Shown: positions 8,945-18,835 of the stretch, one piece after another | Layout: each line of letters starts with the position of its first letter | Position numbering within the stretch: position 1 is the first letter of the stretch | Origin: a virus | Direction: 5' to 3' (one strand) | Virus record (IMG/VR): IMGVR_UViG_3300035691_000003 | Coordinates: 10,841-74,840 of that record | DNA: 64,000 nt | Made by a program: the position numbers and the translations under genes | Notes under the pieces: model-generated | The model's input: the letters and a program-made list of their open reading frames with translations, nothing else | Databases searched by the model: none | What the model was told of the DNA's origin: nothing

Positions 8945-10053
8945 GCGCAGTCTTAGACCAACCAAAACCGCAAATCTTCGAGGCCGTCAACTACTTCGAC
9001 AAGCGCGTGCTTGGCTCAAACGTGAAGCGCTGGGTTTGGTTTCCCGGTGACTTAATCGTCCCGGCGCGCAAGTCGGAAATCGACTGGCTGAAGGTGGGCG
9101 GCGAAGAAACCACCTCCCCCTGCCTGCAACGCTACGGGCGCGGGTTTGTACCGCGCGGATTGGCGGCCCTACTGGAACTCGGCGGTGAGCCAATCCCTAT
9201 GCGTCACCTCGGTGACTTGCAGGCCGTCGCGTGGCAGGGCATCCCACTCAACGAGAACGCAGTGAAGAACAACTTCGGCTTTGTGCCGGTCTACCCCGGT
9301 GACGGGTTGCGTGTGCTGCGCCGCTACTCACTCAACGATGGCGGCATTCGCAAAGGGCTGGACGAAGACACCGCGCTGGTGGGCAAGGAATGGGACGAGT
9401 GTCACAACGAAGAGAGCACCGGCATTCTCGACGTAATCGAACAGGCGATGTACGGCGATGGTATGTCCCCGACCCTTAGCGGACTGGAAGACCAGATTCG
9501 CTTCGCCCGCACCGACGATTCCCGCGTGGACCTCGGCAAGATGAAGGCCGACCGCCTGCGCATGTGCGACGAATTTCGTAACTGGGCCTCGCGCAAAATC
9601 GCCTACGAGCACGGGCTGCTCAAGTCCGGCACCGTGGCGATTGCTACCGATGCGGTGGGAGCAGTCGGCGGGTGGTCCTACTCCTACTCCCCTATCACCG
9701 AAATGCTGCTCCAGCAACTTGACATTCCCCGGCAGGATCAGCCGTTGCAGGAGATGGCCCGGATGGTAGCGCAGGTCAGTCAGCAGCCTGCCGCTCAGCC
9801 GCAAGGCATCACTGCCGTAGACATGGAAATCTTCGAGCGTAAGATGGATGAGCGGTTGGCAAAGGCACGGGAAGCAGACGCCGCGCGGATTGCTGAACTG
9901 GAGGCGCAACTGGCAGGCGGCGAGAAGTCCGACGACGCGCCCAAGACCTACACCTGCGAGCACTGCGGCGACGTGGTGAAGGCTACAGGCAAGGGCATTC
10001 ATCTAGGCGTCCACTGCCGCGTGCTCCACCCGAAGACCGAAACAACCGAGTGA
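8941..10053 (+). CDS. hypothetical protein with C-terminal C2H2-like Zn finger
   Basis: YTCEHCG...HLGVHCRVLH. Confidence 0.7.
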   Translation: MSAVLDQPKPQIFEAVNYFDKRVLGSNVKRWVWFPGDLIVPARKSEIDWLKVGGEETTSPCLQRYGRGFVPRGLAALLELGGEPIPMRHLGDLQAVAWQGIPLNENAVKNNFGFVPVYPGDGLRVLRRYSLNDGGIRKGLDEDTALVGKEWDECHNEESTGILDVIEQAMYGDGMSPTLSGLEDQIRFARTDDSRVDLGKMKADRLRMCDEFRNWASRKIAYEHGLLKSGTVAIATDAVGAVGGWSYSYSPITEMLLQQLDIPRQDQPLQEMARMVAQVSQQPAAQPQGITAVDMEIFERKMDERLAKAREADAARIAELEAQLAGGEKSDDAPKTYTCEHCGDVVKATGKGIHLGVHCRVLHPKTETTE

Positions 10054-10061
10054 GGTGATGC

Positions 10062-10826
10062 GTGCCGACACTCCAGCAGATATGCACCAACGTCAGGCTT
10101 CTCGCTGACGATCCGCTTCCGCAGAAGCCTTCGCTGCGGCGCATTCTGCTGGCCGTCACGCAATCCACTCAGTCGCTCTACAATCAACTGGAGAACACCG
10201 GCGCGGCATGGTCCATTAAACCCGACTACACACTGGCCGTCAGCTCCGGCACCTCCGACTACCTGCTCGCCGTTGACTCGTCCTACGGCAAGCCGATTCA
10301 GGTGCTCACCTACTACCCGTCTAATCAAGCCTACATCCAGCGCTACGTTGACTTCGTCGAGATGCAGGACTTGAACTTCGACTGGCCCTACCCGGTCAAC
10401 ATGGCGAACTATGTGCTGAACGATGGGTCGAACTGCACTGCCATGCGGATGGGGTTCTACTATCGCGACGACGGCAGCCGCTGGGTGCGGGTGCTGCCAC
10501 GTCCCCAACTAACCGCCAGCTATCTCATCACCTTCGCCGGGGGCAACTGGACAGAGAACGCCGGGATTGAGGACTCGCCGGTGCTGAGCCAGTTCCACCC
10601 GTTGGTGGAGTACTGGGCCACTGAGTCGGTGCTGCCTTCATGTCAATGGACCAACGACCAGCGGTACAACATGGACCATCGTAAGGAACTGGCTATGGCG
10701 CTGAAGAATGACGAGGCACGTATCGCCGACGAGTTTCAGCGCTACTGTCGCAGTCTCGTTGACGACCGCATGAGCCAACGGATGTCATCGCTGGACGGGA
10801 CGATAGATTATGGAGGCTGGTGGTAG
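10062..10826 (+). CDS. putative head-tail adaptor
   Basis: MPTLQQICTNVR start, VLPRP motif and size typical of adaptor proteins. Confidence 0.55.
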   Translation: MPTLQQICTNVRLLADDPLPQKPSLRRILLAVTQSTQSLYNQLENTGAAWSIKPDYTLAVSSGTSDYLLAVDSSYGKPIQVLTYYPSNQAYIQRYVDFVEMQDLNFDWPYPVNMANYVLNDGSNCTAMRMGFYYRDDGSRWVRVLPRPQLTASYLITFAGGNWTENAGIEDSPVLSQFHPLVEYWATESVLPSCQWTNDQRYNMDHRKELAMALKNDEARIADEFQRYCRSLVDDRMSQRMSSLDGTIDYGGWW

Positions 10827-11567
10827 ATGTCGCTGACCTACAACGATGTGTTACGCCAGCTCGCCCTGACCACTAACTCGTTTGGTGGGGCAACCACTCC
10901 CTCGACGTTGAACTCCACCTACAACACCACTCCGCTGACGATTGCTAACTTCAACGTCGCGACTGGTTCGTCCATCTTCAGTTTCACCTTCCTCAAGGAG
11001 AAGTTGCTCAACGCGCAGGAGGGGTTGTTCATGGCGTTGGCTTCTACGTCAACCAACCCGTTGCGTGTGGCGATTGAATCACAGACCGCGTCTCTCGCCT
11101 ACGGCGCGCAGATACTGACCAATGCTGCCGGTCTGCCGGTAGTGGGAGCCTACGGCACGGTCCGCGACGCGAGCAATAGCCAGCCGCTGACGCTAAATGA
11201 AATCGAAGACATCCGCATCCGAGTGCAGTCGTCGTGGATGGTGCTCAACGTCTATCAGTACGCGATTGTTGGAGACCGTATCTACCCAACGCGACCGGGG
11301 GTGATAGTCGATGTCTGCGGTTATGAACGCCCTGACGCTGACGCCTTGGACCTGACCACCGAAATCCTGCTCCCCGACATCCTTGGCTCAGCGATGGTCC
11401 AGGGGGCAATAGCTGAGTGTTACCGGGACGACGAGTATCTCCAGCAGTCAGGCCGGGCGGCGGAGTTTTATCAGGCATGGATCACGGCTCTGCGCTCAGG
11501 CATGGCGCAGATTCAGCCGCAGAGCAATCCCACTCCTGACGCACAAACAGCTTACGCAAAGGCTTAA
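10827..11567 (+). CDS. putative head-tail adaptor-like protein
   Basis: Similar architecture (IYPTRP, helical C-terminus); abuts previous gene. Confidence 0.5.
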   Translation: MSLTYNDVLRQLALTTNSFGGATTPSTLNSTYNTTPLTIANFNVATGSSIFSFTFLKEKLLNAQEGLFMALASTSTNPLRVAIESQTASLAYGAQILTNAAGLPVVGAYGTVRDASNSQPLTLNEIEDIRIRVQSSWMVLNVYQYAIVGDRIYPTRPGVIVDVCGYERPDADALDLTTEILLPDILGSAMVQGAIAECYRDDEYLQQSGRAAEFYQAWITALRSGMAQIQPQSNPTPDAQTAYAKA

Positions 11568-11570
11568 CCA

Positions 11571-12134
11571 ATGACCTACCAGGAAATCTGCGACCGCATC
11601 CTCCTTGAAGCCCAGCGTGGCGGCGAGAAGGCGGAGCTTGCCAACCTGAACACCCAGTCGGTCATTGAAGCCATCATGCCCAGCGTGTTGCAGGAGGTGA
11701 CGCAGAAGTACGCAAACGGTGACTCGAATCAGCAGTCGCTACTGCGGCAGACGCACACCATCTCACTCACCAGCGGCATCGGCACCATTCCCAACGAGGT
11801 GATGACCACTCTCGTCTGGGGGTCAAATGTTTACATCGACGATGAACCGGACATCGGCCCACTGATGTCCTACTCACCGTGGATTTCTTTCATCAACCCG
11901 GCCAGCGACTTACTCGGCTACTACTCGATTCGCGGCAGTAATGAATTCTACTGGGCCGATCCCGGCGAGAGTTACCCCGACCTGACACGCACGTCGGATG
12001 TCTCGCTGACCATCGCTACGGTACTGACCATCCCTACTGACCCCGACATCGACACCGGCTGGGGCAGCGAACCGGAGAGCGACGTTATCGACCGCGCTGC
12101 CGAATACTTGAGAGGAGCGAAGATAGCCGCCTGA
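11571..12134 (+). CDS. putative adaptor/tail protein
   Basis: MTYQEICDRIL start resembling 10062 protein. Confidence 0.5.
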   Translation: MTYQEICDRILLEAQRGGEKAELANLNTQSVIEAIMPSVLQEVTQKYANGDSNQQSLLRQTHTISLTSGIGTIPNEVMTTLVWGSNVYIDDEPDIGPLMSYSPWISFINPASDLLGYYSIRGSNEFYWADPGESYPDLTRTSDVSLTIATVLTIPTDPDIDTGWGSEPESDVIDRAAEYLRGAKIAA

Positions 12135-13858
12135 TGGGGGAACAACTTCAGCCACGGACAGTTCACGGTGGGGCGTTCATCCCAACCACCCCGCGCTCCG
12201 GCAACCAGGGCGACACCATCTTTCGCGTCGAGTCGATGGCCCTGCGCGGACGCGACGACCACCAGTACTGGGAAGTGATTGCCTCCGAGCGCGACCTAGA
12301 CGAAGACTCACCGCTCGTCGCCCTCACCGGCACCATCGACCTCGTCGCCAACGACCCCACCATCCTCGGCACTGGAACGCTGTTTCTCAGCGAACTACAC
12401 ATCGGTCAATTCGTCGTGGTGGTTGACGCTGCACCAACCCAGGTGCTGGTAGTCAAGCGCATCGTCTCCGATACCGAGTATGAAGCCTGGCGCGCGCCGT
12501 CAGCCTCGCTTTCAGCACAAACCGGCTATCGTATGTCCATCCTCGACACCGTCAACCAGGACCACTACACAATGCTCTGGGGCAGTCTGGTGCGATTGGA
12601 CAAAGGTTCGCTATTGAGCGCAGGCAACGGGGTGGTAAGAATCAACGGTTCCGCTGTGCCGGGGATGTCGTTAAGTGCCACGCCGGAGCCGCAGATCAGC
12701 ATCTATGATTCAGCCACGGGCAACTTCTCCAACTATACGATGGGAATGAACGAGCCAACCGCTCCCACTCTCGCGGCAGTCGGCGGCGGCACCAAGGGGA
12801 TGCAGGGAGGCAACTACTCGCTCGTCATCACGCCCAACCGCACCGCCACACAAGGCTATAACAACCCCTCCCTGCGCGCCGATGTAACCATCGCCACCGG
12901 CGACATGATCGCAATCACCTTTCCGGCAATGGACCTTGTCAACGGGCAGGACTCGTGGGGCGTGTGGGTGACGACCTTTGCCGACACGCTCGGCGCGGAC
13001 CTCAATTATCTCAACGGCCCGTGGCACTTCTACGTCATTGTCGATTCCACGCAGGTTAGCTCAGCGGGCGGTACCTTCAACATCGAGTACTACGACGCGG
13101 AAGTCGAGGCGAATGAAATCGTCAGCTTCAACAACGACCCGCCGCCACAGGCCAGTGGTATTGAACTGCTGAACTTCACCCCGGTCTGGTGGGGTGGGCG
13201 TGGACCATCGTACACCCGTGGGGCGACGACCACCGTTGACCCTGCCCCAGGCCCATTCATCATGCCCGCCAAGCCGAACAACATCGAAGCGGCACCGGCG
13301 GACATCCAGTTCGCCTCGTCGCCACCGGAGACCCTCATCGGCGCGGTATCGGCACAGGGCCGCATCTACCTGCTGACCCCTAACCATCTGGAAATCGCCC
13401 AGGCTACCCCCGACCAGCGTGTGCCTATCATCATCCGGCCCTTCTGGAAGGATGGGTTCAGCAACCCGTACCAACTGGTCTTCGTCAACGGCAATCTCTA
13501 CGGGTTCACGTTGGCCGGACCAACCCGCTCGGTGGGTGACGGAGACGAAATCGAAGCGGAGAAAGCCTGGGCCGGAGACGTGAGTGAAATCACCGACCCG
13601 TGGGCCATGCTGACCGCCGGACACGTGCTGGTGGGGTACTCGCCGTCGAAGGATGCCATCTGCTTCTTCCACGCGGCAGATGAGCTAAACACCGACGGTT
13701 TCTGGACCACCAAAATGCTGATGTACGGGCTGCCGCAACAGCAGTGGATTGGCGCGCGCACCATCAGCCGCTCGGCTGCCGACTCAATCGTCAGCGGAGT
13801 GACGACCGTCGGTGAAAAGATGCTATTAACCATGGGAGGCCGGGTAGCGGCACCGTAG
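12134..13858 (+). CDS. putative tail nozzle / tail tubular B-like protein (N-terminal part)
   Basis: 574 aa beta-rich protein after adaptors; propeller-like segments. Confidence 0.5.
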   Translation: MGEQLQPRTVHGGAFIPTTPRSGNQGDTIFRVESMALRGRDDHQYWEVIASERDLDEDSPLVALTGTIDLVANDPTILGTGTLFLSELHIGQFVVVVDAAPTQVLVVKRIVSDTEYEAWRAPSASLSAQTGYRMSILDTVNQDHYTMLWGSLVRLDKGSLLSAGNGVVRINGSAVPGMSLSATPEPQISIYDSATGNFSNYTMGMNEPTAPTLAAVGGGTKGMQGGNYSLVITPNRTATQGYNNPSLRADVTIATGDMIAITFPAMDLVNGQDSWGVWVTTFADTLGADLNYLNGPWHFYVIVDSTQVSSAGGTFNIEYYDAEVEANEIVSFNNDPPPQASGIELLNFTPVWWGGRGPSYTRGATTTVDPAPGPFIMPAKPNNIEAAPADIQFASSPPETLIGAVSAQGRIYLLTPNHLEIAQATPDQRVPIIIRPFWKDGFSNPYQLVFVNGNLYGFTLAGPTRSVGDGDEIEAEKAWAGDVSEITDPWAMLTAGHVLVGYSPSKDAICFFHAADELNTDGFWTTKMLMYGLPQQQWIGARTISRSAADSIVSGVTTVGEKMLLTMGGRVAAP

Positions 13859-13872
13859 GAAGGACTGGAAAG

Positions 13873-15030
13873 ATGCTCTTATTCGTAGATTCAATGTCCC
13901 ATTACACCGACTCGTTCCTGACGGCGAAGTGGGACGTGCGCGAAGTGGCGGCGGGATTTGGCGGCAGTGTGGTCCAGTCGCTGACCAGTGGGCGGTTTGG
14001 CGGTGGCGGCATCACCTTCGTCACTCCCACCTCCGGCCTGCTCAACGACCACGGCTACTACATCCAGAAGAACTACAACGGCGTCTCGACGATTATTTGC
14101 GGGCTGGCGGTACTGCAAACCACCACGCAGGTAGTGCGCGGGGGACGGCTAGTGACCTTCCTCGATGGCTCTACGACCCAGGTAGCAATCAACATCCTGC
14201 AATCGGGCCAACTGGCTGCCTATCGAGCCACCACCGCCGGGACGGGATTCATCCTTGCCCCCAGTGGCAGCTCGCCGCAAATCACCACCCTCGGCACATC
14301 CGTCAGCGCCATCGCCTCGTCATCCTACGACTTTCTGGAAATCAAGGTGGTCCACCATCCAACTACCGGCTCCATCGAGGTGAAGCGCAACGGCGCAGCC
14401 TTCTGGACATTGAGCAATGTCAACACGGCTATCTCCGGCACTAACCAGTCGGCCTCGGTGATTGTCGGCGGTTACACGTCACTCAACGGCGGTGTTGGCG
14501 CGAACCTCGCGCTACAGGCCGTCATCAGCGACTTCCACCTGCTCAACACCACCGCCAACGGCAGTGACCCCAACGACCCGGTAAACTTCATCGGCGACCG
14601 CCACTGGGAGGTAGTGGCCCCAACCACGGACTCGACCCCGCTCGACTGGACCATCACCGGCTCGGCCAGTCACTTTGCCAACGTCGATGAGATTCCACCC
14701 AACACAACCGACTACAATTCCACCAGCGTCTTGAACGATCAGGACGCGCTCCTCTACACCGACATTACCGGCCCGGCGGCGGCAACGGTGCTGCTGAGTT
14801 ATACGATGTATCTAGAGAAGGACACTGGCGGAGCGGTGGGGGTGAGCGGCCTGATGGTCTCCCCGGCAGGTGGGGCAGGGACGATTGGCAATGGCACGGA
14901 GTTCCAGGTGCCGAACCCCTTTGCCTTCCGGCAATCGTTTCTCTGTACTGACCCCGCCGCACCCGGTACTGACGCGCTGACGGTGGCGACGGTCAACGCC
15001 GGGGCGCATGGCTACGAACGCACGAGCTAA
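13873..15030 (+). CDS. virion structural protein (lectin-like tail appendage)
   Basis: MLLFVDSMSHY start, beta-rich, S/T/G-rich. Confidence 0.55.
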   Translation: MLLFVDSMSHYTDSFLTAKWDVREVAAGFGGSVVQSLTSGRFGGGGITFVTPTSGLLNDHGYYIQKNYNGVSTIICGLAVLQTTTQVVRGGRLVTFLDGSTTQVAINILQSGQLAAYRATTAGTGFILAPSGSSPQITTLGTSVSAIASSSYDFLEIKVVHHPTTGSIEVKRNGAAFWTLSNVNTAISGTNQSASVIVGGYTSLNGGVGANLALQAVISDFHLLNTTANGSDPNDPVNFIGDRHWEVVAPTTDSTPLDWTITGSASHFANVDEIPPNTTDYNSTSVLNDQDALLYTDITGPAAATVLLSYTMYLEKDTGGAVGVSGLMVSPAGGAGTIGNGTEFQVPNPFAFRQSFLCTDPAAPGTDALTVATVNAGAHGYERTS

Positions 15031-15035
15031 TAGAT

Positions 15036-15650
15036 GTGGCAGACACTTCTTCCATCTCGCAGGCGATTGTCGAAGCGGCGGCAGATGACGCGACGACATC
15101 CGTCTCTCAGGCAGTGGTGGAGGCAGGTGTTGACGATGCTGCGACTAATACCAGTCAGGCGGTACTGGAAGCGGCTGCCGCTGACGCCACTGTTTCCGTC
15201 AGTCAGGTCGTCATTGAGTTTTCGTTAGGAGAAGAAATACCGCCATCGCCGCCAGAGCCAATAACCGGGACATTTGCGTTCGACGAAGGCGGAGGCGTGG
15301 AGTGGTGGATCGTGCCACAACTGACGGATAGCGGGGTGGAATTGAGAGACAAGGTGATTAAAGCCGTGCGAGTGACGGGGTTAGTAACCAGCGCCAATGT
15401 CAAGGTCTACACCTACGGCCCCAGCGACCCGGTAGTGGTGGCTGATTTGGAGGACGGGACGAACTCGGTGACAGGTGCAGTATCACTGCCCAACACCACC
15501 AACGTGGCTCAGTCGCCCCGGCTGCCGGTCGATTGTAAGAACGCCATGCTTAGTACCGTGCGGGTGGCTGGCACTTGGGACGGCACCAATCCGCGCAATC
15601 GTATTGATGAGATTCTCTACGAGTTGGCCCGACAGGGGGTGCGACGATGA
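15036..15650 (+). CDS. structural protein with 4x SQAxVEA repeats; C-terminus resembles nozzle C-terminal domain
   Basis: ISQAIVEA/VSQAVVEA/TSQAVLEA/VSQVVIEF repeats, Pro linker, then beta domain. Confidence 0.5.
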   Translation: MADTSSISQAIVEAAADDATTSVSQAVVEAGVDDAATNTSQAVLEAAAADATVSVSQVVIEFSLGEEIPPSPPEPITGTFAFDEGGGVEWWIVPQLTDSGVELRDKVIKAVRVTGLVTSANVKVYTYGPSDPVVVADLEDGTNSVTGAVSLPNTTNVAQSPRLPVDCKNAMLSTVRVAGTWDGTNPRNRIDEILYELARQGVRR

Positions 15651-15973
15651 TCCGCTTTCATATCACCAAGGATGACGCAACCTCCACCACCGACTGGCAG
15701 GAAGAACCCCTGCGCAGCGGCTCCTCGGCAACTGCCATGGTGCGGATGGCGGAACTGCGTGCGACACATGGACCAGCGGCACGTATTAGCATTGAACGTG
15801 ATATTGTCCCGCCGCGCGCGCCGCAAGAGTGGGTCAGGTTCAGCGTGAAGGAGAAGGATGGGGCGATCAGGTTCAGCAACTCGGTACTGAAGTCGCAGGC
15901 GGACGAGTTCGAGGCAGAGATTCGCCGCGATTATCCCAAGGCGGAAATCGCCCGGCAGGAGTGGACGGTATAG
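15647..15973 (+). CDS. hypothetical protein
   Basis: ATGA-coupled ORF. Confidence 0.6.
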   Translation: MIRFHITKDDATSTTDWQEEPLRSGSSATAMVRMAELRATHGPAARISIERDIVPPRAPQEWVRFSVKEKDGAIRFSNSVLKSQADEFEAEIRRDYPKAEIARQEWTV

Positions 15974-16570
15974 ATGGCTTACGACCTCTACAACGTAGAC
16001 CTCGACCCAAACACAATCTACTACAACGTCTACTCCTCGACGCTGGTTCAGCCAACCATCACCACCAACATCAGCGGCGACGTAATTACCATCACCACCA
16101 TCAACGGTGGTGGCGGTGGTCAAGCGACAGGGCCGCAAATCACCATCAGCGGCGGCTTGACGGGTATGAACTTTGTCGCCAGCGGCAATACCATCGCACT
16201 GGAAGGGACGTTGATTATCGCCAACGGCGGCACCGGGGCAACCACCGCAGCAGGCGCGCGCACTAACCTCGGCCTCGGAACAATCGCCACACAGGATGCC
16301 AGCAACGTCACCATCACCGGCGGCTCCATTACCGGCATTACTGACCTGGCTATCGCAGACGGCGGCACTGGGGCTTCAACTGCCGCAGCGGCGCGCACGA
16401 ATCTTAGCGTCCCACGAATCCATACCGCAGCGGTTGCTCCCGCCGTAACCGACGACGGAGCGGCAGGTTTTCCCACTGGAACACTCTGGGTGGATACCGC
16501 GCTGGACGACGCCTATATCTCGGTCGATGACGCCACAGGCGCGGCGGTCTGGAAGAAGATAACGCCATGA
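15974..16570 (+). CDS. tail fibre-like protein
   Basis: NGGTGATTAAGARTNLG / DGGTGASTAAAARTNL fibre repeats. Confidence 0.7.
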   Translation: MAYDLYNVDLDPNTIYYNVYSSTLVQPTITTNISGDVITITTINGGGGGQATGPQITISGGLTGMNFVASGNTIALEGTLIIANGGTGATTAAGARTNLGLGTIATQDASNVTITGGSITGITDLAIADGGTGASTAAAARTNLSVPRIHTAAVAPAVTDDGAAGFPTGTLWVDTALDDAYISVDDATGAAVWKKITP

Positions 16571-17061
16571 TGCGACGGCTGGGTATCAACGATGCTGACG
16601 TACTGCGCGAGGCGTGGGGCTGGGACGAAGGCCGCCCGGCGTGGTACAGGCAGGCTGACCGGGTGTTTAATCGCGGGACAGTGGGGGATTTCGTCGCTCA
16701 ACTGGCCGACACCCAGCGCGTCTTTCTCGGCGTGTGGGGCGAGCGATTAGAAGCGGTCATCTTGGCCCACCACCACGGGAGCGGCATCGTCGAGGGCCAT
16801 CTACTCGCTCGACGCCAAGCCGACACAGCCCTGATTGCCGTAGCAGGCCGACACATCATCTACGAGCTTCTTGACTACGGCTTGACCCACGCTATCGTCT
16901 GGGTGGCAGAAAGAAACATTGGCGTGCGGCGGCTCTGTGTTAATATCGGCCTTGAACCGGACGGCGTGGTAATGTGGCGCGGTTCGTACCACGGGCGGGT
17001 AATCAAATGGGTCAGACATTCGATTCGACGTAAGCAGTTACTAATGGACGTAGCAGCCTGA
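16567..17061 (+). CDS. GNAT-like acetyltransferase
   Basis: WVAERNIGVRRLCVNIGLEPDG matches GNAT C-terminal pattern; podovirus-like position. Confidence 0.55.
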   Translation: MMRRLGINDADVLREAWGWDEGRPAWYRQADRVFNRGTVGDFVAQLADTQRVFLGVWGERLEAVILAHHHGSGIVEGHLLARRQADTALIAVAGRHIIYELLDYGLTHAIVWVAERNIGVRRLCVNIGLEPDGVVMWRGSYHGRVIKWVRHSIRRKQLLMDVAA

Positions 17062-17071
17062 GTCCCCTGAG

Positions 17072-17566
17072 ATGCCAAAGAACACCAGCAACACCACCAC
17101 TTCCGGCTCCACCAGCCAGCAATACGGCAACACTGCCACCTACGGGCAGATCCAACCCGAATCGAACAAGTATATTGATGAGTTTGCGAACTTCCGGCCC
17201 CAGACCGATCCGACGATAGGGTTCCGCGCCGGGGACGCGAAGCGGCGGTTGGCGTCGCAGTTTGCCAACCCAACCGGCGGCTTCATCACTCCCGCCATGC
17301 GCGACGCAATCATGCGCTCCGAAAGCCGGGGTATCGATCAGGATGCCGCGCAACAGTTCCGCGCCGGGACTTACGACACCAACCAGCAACGAATGGGCCA
17401 GCTTGGCTCACTGGCAGCGTTGATGGCCCCGAGACTCGTGCAGACCGGCTCATCGGGCACGTCCAGCGGAACGTCCAGCGGCACGCAGAACACTGAAGCG
17501 GGAAGAAACCTGTTTGGCAACATACTCGACGTAGGCATGGGAGCCGCGTCGATGGCGCTGATGTAG
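17072..17566 (+). CDS. putative internal virion / DNA-ejection protein
   Basis: T/S/Q/G-rich, follows GNAT as in podovirus gene order. Confidence 0.45.
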   Translation: MPKNTSNTTTSGSTSQQYGNTATYGQIQPESNKYIDEFANFRPQTDPTIGFRAGDAKRRLASQFANPTGGFITPAMRDAIMRSESRGIDQDAAQQFRAGTYDTNQQRMGQLGSLAALMAPRLVQTGSSGTSSGTSSGTQNTEAGRNLFGNILDVGMGAASMALM

Positions 17567-17569
17567 GCG

Positions 17570-18223
17570 ATGCTCAACCTGCCACAAATCATTGGTGAAG
17601 TGCTTGACGCAGCGCGCAACCCGGCACTGCTCTGCTCCTTCGGCAGCGACTCGACGCTACTCCTGCACTTCGCCCGACAGGTGAAACGCGACATCCCCGT
17701 CTACTACTTCGGCGATTCACTTCCCAGGCTCGCGCAACAACTGGTCATCGACGACGACCTGATGGTGCTGGGTTACGCTCCCGCTGATCGTTATCTCGTG
17801 CCGCAAGGTGACGGAGTAGCACTCGTCGAGGAATACGACATCAACGGGCAGCGGGTGCCGATGGTGTCGCCAGTGAAGGTTTCACGGGAAACATGTACAG
17901 CAGAGAGTAGCTGGGGGCACACTCCATCCTTCCACTTCCCCCACGACATCGTTCTCTGGGGTTATAAGCGCACCGACCGCCACCCGCTCATTCCCGCCAC
18001 TTTCGCGCGTGAAATCCAACTGGGCCATACGAAGTTTGTCGCCCCACTGTACGATTTAACCGACCAGCAGGTGGGTGATGCACTTACAGCCCTCGGCCTC
18101 GACTACGTGCGTGAGGATGCAGCGGAGTTCTGCGATGAGTGCCTGAACTCGATAATCAACAGCAACTGGGACAGAGACGCGGCCTTAGCGGGTTTCCGCA
18201 GCCGATTCCACTTCAGTAACTAA
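17570..18223 (+). CDS. PAPS-reductase-like (PP-loop) protein, degenerate
   Basis: LLCSFGSDSTLLLH; GYKRTD; APLYDLTDQQV. Confidence 0.6.
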   Translation: MLNLPQIIGEVLDAARNPALLCSFGSDSTLLLHFARQVKRDIPVYYFGDSLPRLAQQLVIDDDLMVLGYAPADRYLVPQGDGVALVEEYDINGQRVPMVSPVKVSRETCTAESSWGHTPSFHFPHDIVLWGYKRTDRHPLIPATFAREIQLGHTKFVAPLYDLTDQQVGDALTALGLDYVREDAAEFCDECLNSIINSNWDRDAALAGFRSRFHFSN

Positions 18224-18235
18224 AGGAGACTCGCA

Positions 18236-18826
18236 ATGTCGATTGACAACATTACCCGGCAGGCCATCACCAAGAACGTCAGCTCGGCCTATACGGCGCA
18301 GTTGGAAGACAACCAGATCATCGGCGACTGCACCAGCGCGGGCTTTACCGTGACGCTCTACCAGGTTGACGACGGAGCAATTCATCGGCTGATTGTAGCG
18401 GTTGACCCTGCCGACTCTTCGGGTAACACGCTGACCATCACCGACGGCACCTTTTCGACGACTTTGAGCGCGGCAGGCGCGGCAGTCACATTGGAAACGC
18501 AATATGACGGCAGTTGGATGATTGTCGGTGAGTACCCGGTGACCAGCACGGCAACCGCGACATCCTCGGCGACATCCGCCGGGCTGGCAGCATCGGTGGC
18601 GGATTCTGCGGCTGTCTCCGCAGCGGCAGGTGGCACCGGAGCCTCCACCGCAACCTCGGTGGCAACGTCGCAGAACACGACCCAGAGCACAACCATCTCG
18701 CAGAACCTGTCCACCACCAATAGCGCAGTTCTCAGTGGCGTGTCAGGGACGGCGAGCGTGGCAACTTCGCAAAATGTTTCCCAGAGCGCAACCGTGAGCG
18801 TGGCGCAGAGCACGGCAGCGAGCTAA
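18236..18826 (+). CDS. structural protein with Ser/Thr/Ala-rich tail
   Basis: AAGGAG RBS; N-domain resembles 7110/7509 proteins; C-terminal SVATSQN repeats. Confidence 0.6.
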   Translation: MSIDNITRQAITKNVSSAYTAQLEDNQIIGDCTSAGFTVTLYQVDDGAIHRLIVAVDPADSSGNTLTITDGTFSTTLSAAGAAVTLETQYDGSWMIVGEYPVTSTATATSSATSAGLAASVADSAAVSAAAGGTGASTATSVATSQNTTQSTTISQNLSTTNSAVLSGVSGTASVATSQNVSQSATVSVAQSTAAS

Positions 18827-18835
18827 AGCAACCGA

